This document shows positions 52,501 through 64,000 of a stretch of 64,000 nt of DNA, piece by piece; position 1 is the stretch's first letter, and every line of letters starts with the position of its first letter. The stretch covers positions 1,550,001 through 1,614,000 of the forward strand of contig NC_042997.1 of NCBI RefSeq assembly GCF_006345805.1. Reading direction: 5' to 3'. Origin of the DNA: Octopus sinensis. Lineage: Eukaryota. The notes beneath the pieces are model-generated. The model saw only the letters and a program-made list of their open reading frames with translations, made no database searches and was not told where the DNA came from. The translations under genes were made by a program, and so were the position numbers.

Positions 52501-55199
52501 ATATAGAAAAATAAAACGTCTATGTATATTGGAAAATACAAACCAGAACCTAATAAACTCTAACAAATTATAAAACAGAAGCTTTATACAATTATAGCTG
52601 GGATATAGTACACAAACTGTACACATTCATGTCGATCAGCAAGTAAGCTATTTGTCTATTTTCAAAATTCACTTGAAACATCCATACTTGATTTCTGGCG
52701 CAATTGTCGTTAATTCTGTGACATGATTTCCAATTGTTACGTATGCTACGACATACAATTTTCATTGGCCTAATAAAGCCTAAACGTTTGGCGCTGCTGT
52801 TATTAATAAAACAACATATATCTCTGATGTCGTCATCAACTGCCTCCAACAAACAACAACTTCAATAATGCCATAATAGCAATATGGCTCATAATCGCTC
52901 CTAAAAGAGTATAAATTTCACGAAGTCGAGGTAAATTCGACACAGATCCAGATGCATTAATCTCAGCATTTCACACACACACACGCATACACGCACACAC
53001 ACACACACATACACACACACACACGCACACACATTTTCTCTCCCGTTTCCCACTCTCTTTTTTCTTTTGCCTTCATCACTCTCTCTTTCCCTCTCTCACC
53101 AACTTACCTACTTGTTACTTTCTGTCTCTGCCCTCCATTATTTTTTTCTGTCATGCCATTACCATGCGATCCGCGACCATTTTTGTCCCCCAGTTCCCTT
53201 TCCTTTTTCCTCTGATTGCTGACTCGTTCACTCGCTCTTCTCTCACTCTTTATTTTCAACAGAGTTTGGTTTTACACCGTTTGTCTTTTTCACCCTTCAT
53301 TCTCTTTTACCATTTTGTTTTCTGACCTACACGACATTTTCTTTTCCTTCTCGTAGCGCATACATTTTTCGCGTCTTAGTGTAAATGAAGATAGGAACAG
53401 AGAAGAGAAGCAAAGAAGAAAAGAAAAGGAGAAGAGATGGAAAAAAAAGTAAGGTGTGGGAGGGAATTTGCTCATTGTATTCATATAGAACTAGATCACC
53501 TGTTTCTAGCCTTCATCTATTATTGGTCCTTACCATGGCTGAATAGTATTAACATCCGGTGTCAAAATTTGAAGTGTAAAAATTTCTTAAGCGACCAGGT
53601 TTTGGTGAATAACATAATGTTTTAGATGAATGGCTGATAACTACTATATTTTCGACGCTATAGTACGGGGATTGCTCAGATATACAAGCAAAAGTCAGCT
53701 TCGGTATTTCTAGCTATTTTAAATGTGAAATATCCAAATCTATCTAATTAGTGGCGGGAATTCATATAAGTACAGGACACTTAAAAGTTATAGTAGAACT
53801 ATTTGTCAGGGATTAAAATAAATAATTAAATGAGTTAACCACGTATGGTAACAGTTCTACTATATATACATATATAATAAACATTATAATAAAATTCATA
53901 TATATATATAAATACGTAAACAGATATTAATCTACTCTTCATTTCGAGCATTCAACGACAATATGAGTCATCAAAGACAGTTGCTCCCATAAATTCTGAA
54001 ATAAAATTTAGGATGTATGGAGGGTCAAAGTTGGGAACAAAAAATGGCAGTGGAGACATAGGAGGAAACGAAACGAAAACAAACATGGCTGGTCGTTAGA
54101 CCAGAACGAGAAAGAGAATATATAGAAAGTGAGAGTGGGGGAGAGGGAGGGTTAGAGGGAGATGGAGGGGAGGGGAGAGGGAGATAAGGAGAGAGGGAGG
54201 GAGAGAGAGAGAGGATGATAGAGAGAGAAACACGCCCGCTCGTTTAAACGTCCGTGCAGGAAAAGGAATATGGTCGCGTGAGGAATTGAAAGATGGATGA
54301 TATTCACGTGTGAGCAAAGAGAGAGAGAGAGACAGAGAGAGAGAGAGAGAAAAAGAAATAGAAAGAGAGGCGTGAGAGATAGATAGAAAACGATGAAGGA
54401 AAGAAGGGAGATAGAGGGAATAAGAAAAGGAAGGAGGAAGAAAACAATTTAGAGTAGAGAGAGGCATCAAAATGATCAAGATGAACCTAGTTGGAAATGG
54501 AGGCCTACAGTGACGACACAGGACATAAGATTGGAAGTTGTAGGTGATAAGTATATTACGAAAATAAAAGAAGCTTTAAAACATAAACAATAAACATTCA
54601 GATGCCAATATATATTCAATTTGTGACGATAATCTGATGTATGCCCAAAGACTGTTGTTTTCCACAATATTACAAAAGCGTATGGAGTTCTCTCCTAATT
54701 TCTCTTTGAATATCCTATCCCACCATATCATAAATAGCTTAGCCACATCGCCAGCCATATGACACGGATGGCGTATGTCATGCTATGAAACTTAAACATG
54801 TAGCCCTTCAGTTTGATCTTGGTACTTGTTGCATAATGACAGTGTGCACCCCACCTGATAAAAAGTGGTAGTAGTCAGCCATTATAAATAACGCTGTACG
54901 ACTGAGGGTAGTACAGTGCCAAATATAAACATTCTATCGACGACTCCGGAATATATCAATATCTGCCAGGGTGTCAACCGTGATTAAAGGACATAAAACA
55001 GTGGCAAACATTGTCAACAAAATTTACAACATTGTCGACTGGGATAAACAAATTTACGCGCAGTGAAAACAACAACTAAATAATATTCAGATGGTGAGCA
55101 TAAGCTAATTAAAATTAAACATCTCGAGAAAAAGAAACAATAATCTTCTGGAAACTTACGAAATTCGTAAAATTGGGAAGATCTGTTAGCTGGGTTAAA

Positions 55200-57215
55200 C
55201 GAGAACAACTACAAGGATTACAGCAGCAAATGTTACAACTAAGTTGATAACGAAACCGGAGAATATATTTTCACCTGACCATGTAGCAAATTCTATTAGC
55301 GAATTCAAATATGCCCCGAAGAAGGAGTAATCTTTGAGGCTAACTTTCAAAGATTTCATCAAAATTTTTGAAAACAATGTCAAGATCGGACGGACGAAAT
55401 GAAAATGCGCCTAGTTTTCTTAAAACTAGTGACAGCAGAGCGTGAGGAGTTTAGTAACTTTATATTACCACAAAATGCATCCGGCATAAATTTCACCGAC
55501 GCCATTGGCATTTTGTTCGAAATGTTTAATGAAAAAGATCTCACTACTGAATATCTTATCGAAATGCTTAAACATACAAAAGAGCGAAGATGAAGACTTC
55601 ACTACACACAGAGAGAGATTTAGGCTAGATATTCTTACTCCAGACTCTTTCAGGTGTTTGATCTTTGCATAAAGATTGACAGAGAGAAGGGATGCTGAAA
55701 TCCGAACGAACGTTTTATCAAAACTGGAAATGAACCAGAATTTGACATTGCAGAAACAGTCGGAAGATTGTGACAGGATATTACAATTAAGACATGACAC
55801 GAAAGAAATTCAACGGAAAGAATGTTTCCAAATAAGACCAGTGCAAAAAAAGTCGGAAGACAAATAAATTGTTGTAGAAAAAACAGAAATATCGGGATGT
55901 AGACCCATGTACGGCATGTTGTGGAATGCACCTGAAAACAGATTGTCTGTATAGGAAAGCAAAGTGCTTTTGCTGGGTGTTTACAGCACTGTAAAACTAG
56001 AGTGATATGAAAATGGAACAAACAAGAAAAATATAAATAATTTGTCAGCGGGAAAGGTTATGACTAGAACAAACAGAAAATTCGTGAATGTGAGAATTGA
56101 AAACACTAGTGTGAGAATGCAATTCTTTTCAGGAAGTGATATCACAATCATAAATGAGAAAACATGGGAAAAAATGGGTACACTAAAACTATGTAGTTCA
56201 AACAAATTAGCGTAGTGTTACAGGAGGAAAATTAAATTTCACGGGAGAATGCCTTTGTAATGTAATGTTCAATGGTCGAACCAAAAAAGTGAATGTTTAT
56301 GTGTTGAAAAAATCCATGAATTTATTTGGCACCGAAAGTATAGAGAAATTAAATTTATGAGATACACCAATAAGCACTTTGTGCAATAGCATAAACGGAG
56401 CTGTCAACTGATTGAACGATGTCGATGAACGGAAACAAAAATAGTGATAAGTAACATCGTGCATGAATTACCAGTATCTTTGGAAGAAATGAAAAGAAAT
56501 CCGAGAAATGACAAATTCATTAATGTGACAATAAGTAAACTGTGGTCGACAAAAGGAATTAAAGAATGATCTGATGCAAAAGAACTTCCAAAATATGAGC
56601 GTGTACTGTATATGTGATGCTGCGCTAGTGTAAGCTGAGAGGGTGGTCATACCACAGACATTACAGAATAACATGCTAAAAGAGTTCCATGTGGGACACC
56701 AAGGCGTCTTTAGAATGAAAGTGCCGATGTGAAGTTTCGTATACTGGCCAAGCATGAACAAGGAAGTTGAAAACCAGGTGAAACGCTGCAGAAGGTGTGC
56801 GCTGGCAGCGAAACTACCTACTACAAACTGTGAAGCAGGGCCGGAGGTGATTGCATATCGATTTTGCAGGCCCGGTAAATGGATATTATTACTTGGTAAT
56901 ACTGGACAGCTACAGAAAATGGCCTGAGGTCGCGAGGTGTAAACGACCAACCTCCTATACGGTATTAAACGTTTTACATGAGCTGTTTGCAAGATTTGGT
57001 ATACGGATATAATTGTCTCTAATAACGGAACACAGTTTATATCTTGTGAGTTTAACAAGTTTTGCGAGATGTTCACGTCAGAATATAAAACTATAGCACC
57101 GTGTCACTCTACGTCGAATGGAAGGGCCGAACATTTTAAGGGCACTTATAATAGAGCTTTAAAGGAAGTTAGTAAGAAAGCTACGGAAGAGGTCACAATC
57201 CAACAATTCTATCAC
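55200..57215 (+). mobile_element. Gypsy-type LTR retrotransposon internal remnant (gag-protease-integrase; RT absent)
   Basis: Gag Zn knuckle CTACCGMH..DC..KC, protease FSGSDITII, integrase HVGHQG..YWPSM..CRRC, HIDFAGP, NNGTQF and SNGRAE. Confidence 0.9.
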
Positions 57216-57359
57216 ACCACACAACATGACGACTAACGACCAAAGACTAAAGGGCAAAAAGGATTTAAAAAAAACAGATACAAACAGTATAATACACATA
57301 CAATTGACATATATATTCACATATCTACGATAAATATTACAAAATTAGAGACATTAAAA

Positions 57360-57760
57360 AAGACTGTATAAAGGACTCAGTTGCAAACGGCATAGGAAGC
57401 GAACCCATAAAAACATACTGACACACATACGGTAACATTACAACAGCAGCAACATTATCTACTACGCTGACTGCAGAGTGGGTGAACACACTAACAAATT
57501 GAGTTACAAGAACGGTACATCGGGCTCAAGGGCAGCCACACTTACAACAGGATAGGGGACGGGGACGCAGGATTGGTCATAGTGCTACTGAGAACAATGA
57601 AACACACACACACACACAATGTACAGAAACACAGATGCATGCGTAGGTAAGGATACACATCGTAGAAGAACAGAACGGCATAAGTAGAATAAAAGGACAC
57701 ACGAAGAAGGAAAGTGTTGCTGAGGAGGTCACAAATGTGTGACAAAATATTTCCTGATAA
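57360..57760 (+). mobile_element. Penelope GIY-YIG remnant followed by decayed hammerhead (57720-57753)
   Basis: SSNIIYYADC..VGE. CUGAGGA G GUCACA-AAUG-UGUGAC AAAA UAUUUC (G12 lost; stem I not evident). Confidence 0.5.
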
Positions 57761-58214
57761 TGGACATGAGTAAGAAAAAGAACAGTAATAAACGAGTGAA
57801 GAAAGGATATATAGTGCCTGCGTTTATCTGGCAAAAATAAAATGACCGTCCCTAAATACAACTAAGTGTGGAGTGCTATATTGGACAATGCTACCGATAT
57901 TTATAGCTCCAGGAAGACAATCTCCTCCAGTACCGCTACTGTTTATATCTCGCTCAGAGAATTTATATAACATTCTCTCTAGTAAGTCGCTTGAAAAATA
58001 TATAGTAATTTGCGAGTGGAATGAGCTTCCATCACTAGCTGGTGATTAACACACGTTGAGGACGGGTAACCATCAAGAAGCTCGAATCCGAGTGCACACA
58101 TAAGGCTAGAGATGGAAGCGATGACTTCCCCTCGCAAATACTAACCGGACACAGAATGTGAGTCGTTAGGCAGCTGGAGGAGATGCCTGTGTCTGTTATA
58201 GAGAGAGAGAGGAC

Positions 58215-58253
<39 letters not shown>

Positions 58254-58333
58254 CGAGTGAGAGAGAGAGTATAATTTAAAACAACAAAAATAGAAAGCAA
58301 ATTTTTGATATTTCAGATATTAGATACGAACGT

Positions 58334-58461
58334 ATCAATAGTCCATAATTAAAAATTAAATCGATTATCATTCAGATCAACGGATGACAATGTAAAAATA
58401 TTGATATTGTCATCTGATGAGCTGATCTGTAATCGATTTCATTATTAATTTCATTATTGAT
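58334..58461. repeat. Imperfect hairpin
   Basis: Paired segments AAATCGATTA/TAATCGATTT, CAGATCA/TGATCTG and GGATGACAAT/ATTGTCATCT. Confidence 0.7.
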
Positions 58462-58829
58462 ACCCGCGTAACGACATATCTTAAGCATCTATTTAAAAAA
58501 AAGTTTTAAACTACATTTGACTTTTGTCACTACATAATAGCATTAAATATTCATGTTTCGTCGACTGAACTCTGTTGTGTCCGTGCGGGACCTTAACGTC
58601 GTTGAAATTTGAGTCCTAATTATATATGGAACTTTCACATTGAGTGTAAAATTAACTATATGTGTATGCAAGTTTGTTTCTTTGCGAGTTGTGGAGTTAC
58701 ATCTCGTCTGAATTTTCCCGTGAATCTTAGAGTCGTAAGAGACTGATTAGTTAAGAAAATATCATTAATCTCTCCACTGGCATTGACAACTCGTTCCTTT
58801 TAACGGTTAATACGAGACAGATATGCTGT

Positions 58830-59090
58830 AAGTGTATATGTGTTTGAGCGTTTGTGTATTTACGTGTGCATTCTGAGAGTATGTTTATGTGTCCCACCAA
58901 CTCTTGTCAAAGAGGGCTGGTATGTTTACGACTCCGTAACACAGTGGTTCGGCAAAACGGAAAGAAAGACATAGTACAAGGCTTAAAAAAGTGTTAGGGT
59001 GTATTGTTTCTAGAAACATTCTTGAAGGCGCTGCCCCAGCATGACAGCAATATTATGATCGAAACTAGTAAAATGATAAAACAATGTCTA
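58830..59090 (+). mobile_element. SINE family A 3' part
   Basis: GCTGGTATGTTTACG..GGTTCGGCAAAA..TGCCCCAGCATGACAGCA. Confidence 0.65.
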
Positions 59091-59180
59091 TGCATGTATA
59101 TGTATGTATGTATGTATGTATATATCTATAACTATAGCTGCATCTATATCTATCTATCTATGTATTTCTCTCTCTTTCTA

Positions 59181-59262
<82 letters not shown>

Positions 59263-59286
59263 TACATACATATATACATACATACA

Positions 59287-59349
<63 letters not shown>

Positions 59350-59359
59350 TATATATATA

Positions 59360-59570
59360 AAGTTAAAATCCAAACGTGAAAACACAAAGAGAAAATACAA
59401 CAACGTGAGGACGTGGAACAAGTATAGTGTTACTGGACTCTCAGGAAAGGGAAGAAGGTAAGAGGATTTAACATTTCGGGCGGAGCTCTTCGTCAGAAAC
59501 ATAGAAAAAGGAAAGATTCAAGGAAGGGAAGACAGAGGAAATAAATCGCCAACGATACACACGCGGTCAC
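59360..59570 (-). mobile_element. Short PLE terminal-repeat-like element with hammerhead at 59466-59500
   Basis: GUUU CUGACGA A GAGC UCC GCCC GAAA UGUU AAAU; homologous to 44680-44890. Confidence 0.75.
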
Positions 59571-59610
59571 ACACACACACACACACACTCACATACACAC
59601 ATATATATAT

Positions 59611-60195
59611 GGTAGATTCTCTCATCGAAGACGATGAATGAGGGTTCAGTAAATAACCTTCAACAATTCCTAAGCCTTGTGACACCGCACGTGTACCTTC
59701 AATCCACCAGATGTCTTGCACACTTTCTCGCAAATGGTACACCTGCATGTATTCGTTGGTTCAAAATGTCTTCTCGAGTGGACACCTAACCCTGCTTTGC
59801 TTCGTGCTTTAAACCCACAGTGACACACACAGTCATTGTTTACTGGATTTTGCTGATGCGTTGCTTTCAAATTTGCACGAGGGTGTCCCTATGACGAAGA
59901 CGGTTACTTTCAAATTCTGAAGACTTTGGAAAACACATTTTTTCTCCATTTGTTGCGATCCCTTGCTGCACTCTCCCAGGAATTCAGAGCAGTGTCACAA
60001 CGCTTCAGATTGTCTTTTAGTTTGTCCTTGTAACGAAGAAGAGGAAGCCCTGTTGGACGGGAACAATTTGTCAATTGCCCATATAAAAGCTGCTTTGGAA
60101 CTCTTGAGTCATCCATTCTTAAGAGATGACCAGACCACCGCATTTGTATCTTAATCAAAATTGTTTCAATACCAGTGATCTCACACCTCGCCAGT
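59611..60195 (-). mobile_element. 5'-truncated RTE LINE with two C-terminal C2H2-like fingers
   Basis: QMRWSGHLLRMDDSRVPKQLLYG; CHCGF..GLGVHSRRH; CTICEKVCKTSGGLKVHVRCH. Inserted in a TA tract. Confidence 0.88.
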
Positions 60196-60217
60196 ATATA
60201 TATATATTATATATATA

Positions 60218-60289
<72 letters not shown>

Positions 60290-61140
60290 TACGTATACAT
60301 ACATACATGCAGGAATATATTATTATTACAATGTCTTGTTCATTCTTAAATACATTCATATTTGAAACGCATGGGAATATAAACGCCAATTTTTGCAAAT
60401 ATCTCTAACGATAAAAGTTGCGATGACATTCCATATCTTCCAGTTAAAATCTATATTTGAATCAGTAAAAAGTCGAACTTTAGATGGTGAACCATTTGAA
60501 CATTATGAACTATTTGTGGTAGATTTAAAGGGTAATCCTTCGTAATTATTTACACAATTAATCTGTTCCTTCAGAGAAAATCCCATTTAGTCTTAATTCT
60601 TTGTCCAATATGAAACAAAGCCGATTATATATATTAATACTGGACACGAGGAGAACTCTAGCGCGAAACAAGAAACAAAATGAAGTATTTCTTGCATCTT
60701 GTTTAGATTTACGTACACTTTTTAGATGTTAGCAACGTAGTGTATTCATAACTCAATTACGAAAAGATGGCTTGCTTTCAATTGTTATCTTTGAATAATA
60801 ATAAGTGATATATAGGAAAGAGGATGTGATATTTCTTATCGATTTACTGAGAAAGAATATCGCTAACGTATCTTTCATTTGTACTTAAAGACTGGCAACA
60901 ATATCTATACACATCTACTCACAAGGATACCCAAGCTAATACGCATACATATAGCTGAAGATAAAGAAGCCCACACAGATATATGTACGCGCAAGCGTAG
61001 CTGTCTGGAAAAATATTGCTTCTCAATAATATGGTTACGGATTCAATGCTACTGCGTGGCATCTTCAGCTACTGCTTGTGTTGTTGCGTCGAGGCAATCA
61101 ATGACTTGACAGTTGATTTGGTAGACGGAGGTCCATCTTG

Positions 61141-61224
<84 letters not shown>

Positions 61225-61633
61225 AAAGGAAAGTGAGAGTAGAGAGGCAAGTGTTGTCTAGCGAATGCTTAAAAAAAAGACGGGTGAATGTAGGAAGGAT
61301 GGCACGTATGAATCATGAAGCAACCTTCAGCTGAATCCTATAAACCCGGAAAATTTAAAACAGAGGTTACCTACTTGCAAACAAATGTGGTAACATGTAA
61401 CAATATTGACCGAGGTTACCGTGGTCTTTTTCGTAGGCTTTTCTTCCCACGTATAAACCTTATCTGCTTCCCCCTTTACACTTTACATCATAACACTGTG
61501 ATACACGATCCCTTTTGATCGATTTTTTCTTTTGTTTCTTTTCCTTTTTTCTTCTTTCATTTTTACGATCCCTTATGATCGAAAACCTACCCCACATTTT
61601 TTTCTTTCCCCCAAAAAGAAAAGCTCTACTTTG

Positions 61634-61708
<75 letters not shown>

Positions 61709-61789
61709 ATATATATATATATATATATATTTCTCTTTCTCTTTCCCCCCTCTCTCTCTATGTATGTGTGTGTGTATATGGATGTATGT

Positions 61790-61995
61790 GTGTGTGTGTA
61801 ATTGTGAGCATGTGTGTGTCTTTGTATCTGATTTTCCACTATCACCGCTTGATAACCAGTGTTGGGTTGTTTGCGTCTCTGAAAATTAGTGGCTGTGCAT
61901 AAAACACCGATAGAATATGTACCACGCTATAAAAACAAGTGCTAGGGTCGATTCATTTACATAATATTTCCTCAAGGCGGTGCAGGATAAATTGC

Positions 61996-62061
<66 letters not shown>

Positions 62062-62330
62062 GTCTATCTATCTATCTATCAATCTATCTATCTATCTATC
62101 TATCTATCTACATTCTTTTACTCTTTTATTTGTTTCAGTCATTTTGACTGCGGCCATGGTGGAGCACCGTCTTTAGTCGAACAAATCGGCCCCAGGAATT
62201 ATTCTTTGCAAGGCTAGTACTTATTCTATCAGTATCTTTTGCCGAACAGCTAGATAGAGTGACGTAAACACACCAGCATCGTTTGTCAAGCGATGGTCGA
62301 GGAATAATCACAGACATACACTCACACACT
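61790..62330. mobile_element. Two SINE family A 3' halves, tail-to-tail (61790-61985 +, 62110-62330 -), around (TATC)n
   Basis: Both align to 1970-2165 in opposite orientations. Confidence 0.7.
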
Positions 62331-62924
62331 AACACATATGTATATATACAGATATGTATATATATTATATTGAGGGCATTACTACACATAAATGTCACAC
62401 GCTAGGAGGGACTCTTAAAGTCAAAACTGCTAAAATAATTAAACGCATCGTACCGAATGCGGCTCTCGAAGCAAGTCATATAAAAACATAATTTAGCTGC
62501 TGATCACCGTGATTTGATAATCAATTCAATGGTACACTCTTACTCATCAGTGCAAGCATAATTCAAGATTTATAATGAATGAACAAAATCAACATGCCAG
62601 ACGAAAAACCATCGTATGCAGCGTAGCATATAGAGATGTTCACCTCCTTATACATCTATGTAAATGGCAGGCTTTTTCGAATTGCATTTCGGTAAGAACG
62701 TGCTTATTCGGAATAAGAATTCAGTACTGAATATACTCCAGTTAAATTTACAATTGAAAAATAGGATAAAATCTTCATAAGAATTTATCAAGTAGTCAGC
62801 GTGAAAAACCTCATAAGAGAAAAAATCTACCAATATTTTCACTTAAATATGTATGTTTATATTATAAAGTGGGCATTACTACACATACATTCCACACGCT
62901 AGGAGGGACTTAGAAGCTTACAAG

Positions 62925-63321
62925 AGAAAGCCAAAGTAATAATTGTATCAAAGAAAACTCTCTCTGCAACAAAAATCATTATACCAGCTAAAGGATTTAA
63001 ATTTACACCTACCCCACGAAGATCTAACCACAATGGAATTAAAGACTATATTTCGGAATTCTGCAGAAAACTACGACTCACAGAAGCACTAACTGACTAC
63101 AACAAGGAATAGTCACTAGTTAAAATCAGAAGTAAATATCTTCCACCTAAAAGTAGGAATAAAATACTATAGGACTTCTGCGACCATATCCCAAATTTCC
63201 CGTATACTTTCCATAAACGAAACATTAATTCAAACCTCAACGATCTAGGATGGAAAAAAAATCTAATTGAACTACAAACGACAGAGACCAGCCAATTAAA
63301 GAAGCCGACAAAGAAGTGATG
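62925..63321 (+). mobile_element. Penelope-like N-terminal ORF fragment
   Basis: KGFKFTPTP..EFCRKLRLTEAL..IKEADK; same family as 28450-28850 (-). Confidence 0.75.
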
Positions 63322-64000
63322 TACGAGGGGCGTTCAATAAGTAATGCCCCTGACCTACTTGCAGTTGTTTGATCTAGCTGAAATTTTGCATGTGCACTTA
63401 TCCATACCTCTATAGATTAGGTGGCGAATTACAGCTAATTGTGGTTTCCGATTTAGAGGTGTTTGAACTGAGTCAAGTGTGAAATGGAGCCTGTTGAGTG
63501 TCGAGCAGTGATCTGGTTTTTGTATTTGAAAGGACGCACACCACGGGAGACTTTTGATGAAATGAAAGTAACTTATGGTGATGATGCCCCATCATATGAC
63601 CTTGTAAAACGCTGGCATTGTGAATTCAAACATAGTCGGAACTCTGTGGAAAACAGCTCCGAGATATGGTCGCCCCCTTCTGCCGTTGATGAGACGTTTG
63701 TCCGTCAAGTTGAGGCTGCCATTTTGGAAGGTCAACGCATAACTATTCGCCAAATAGCCCATAAGGTCAAGATTAGTACCGGGTCTGTGGAAACTATCAT
63801 CCATGACTATTTGCATATGCAAAAGGTGTCTGCCAGATGTATTTCCAGGTTGCTCACACCTTTCCAGAAGCAAGAACGCGTTGAGTGCTCGAGGATGAAT
63901 TTGGAGATGTGCCAAGAAGATTAGTCAAAATGTTTCAAAAGACAGCTCACACAGGATAAAACCTGGGTCCATCACTATGATCCATAGACCAAAGCCCAGT
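63322..64000 (+). mobile_element. Mariner element (5' part) nested in the Penelope fragment
   Basis: TA plus TIR CGAGGGGCGTTCAATAAGTAATGCC. ORF from 63484: RAVIWFLYLKG, VKRW..EFK, KVSARCISRLL, TQDKTWVHHYDP, with stops. Confidence 0.92.

Noticed and set aside
537-62398. Many ORFs with YIYI, HTHT, CVCV, poly-I/N/L or LSIY runs
   Set aside because: They are translations of (TA)n, (CA)n, (AAT)n, (CTT)n and (TATC)n microsatellites.

Overview
This is an AT-rich, microsatellite-saturated eukaryotic window that looks intronic or intergenic. The SINE and repeat families resemble those of a cephalopod (Octopus-like); this is inferred from family resemblance, not from a search. Almost all ORF-track entries are microsatellite artefacts. 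The real content is decayed mobile DNA: three mariner remnants, four RTE-type LINE 3' fragments, an R4/Dong-type LINE inside a (TAA)n tract, a Gypsy element lacking RT, several tRNA-derived SINEs, and many Penelope-like (PLE) pieces, including a permuted GIY-YIG-first (Naiad-type) copy. The strongest unannotated signal is about a dozen hammerhead ribozyme motifs from at least six unrelated short repeat families, mostly in microsatellite-flanked elements with inverted or tandem termini. One family has a tRNA-like Pol III head. Another has a tandem junction exactly at its predicted self-cleavage site. Also noted: a twin-priming-type inverted RTE insertion with a TSD, a possible Polinton/adintovirus relic, a ~1.03-kb (TA)n-bounded tandem duplication, and weak candidate exons of an unidentified minus-strand host gene.
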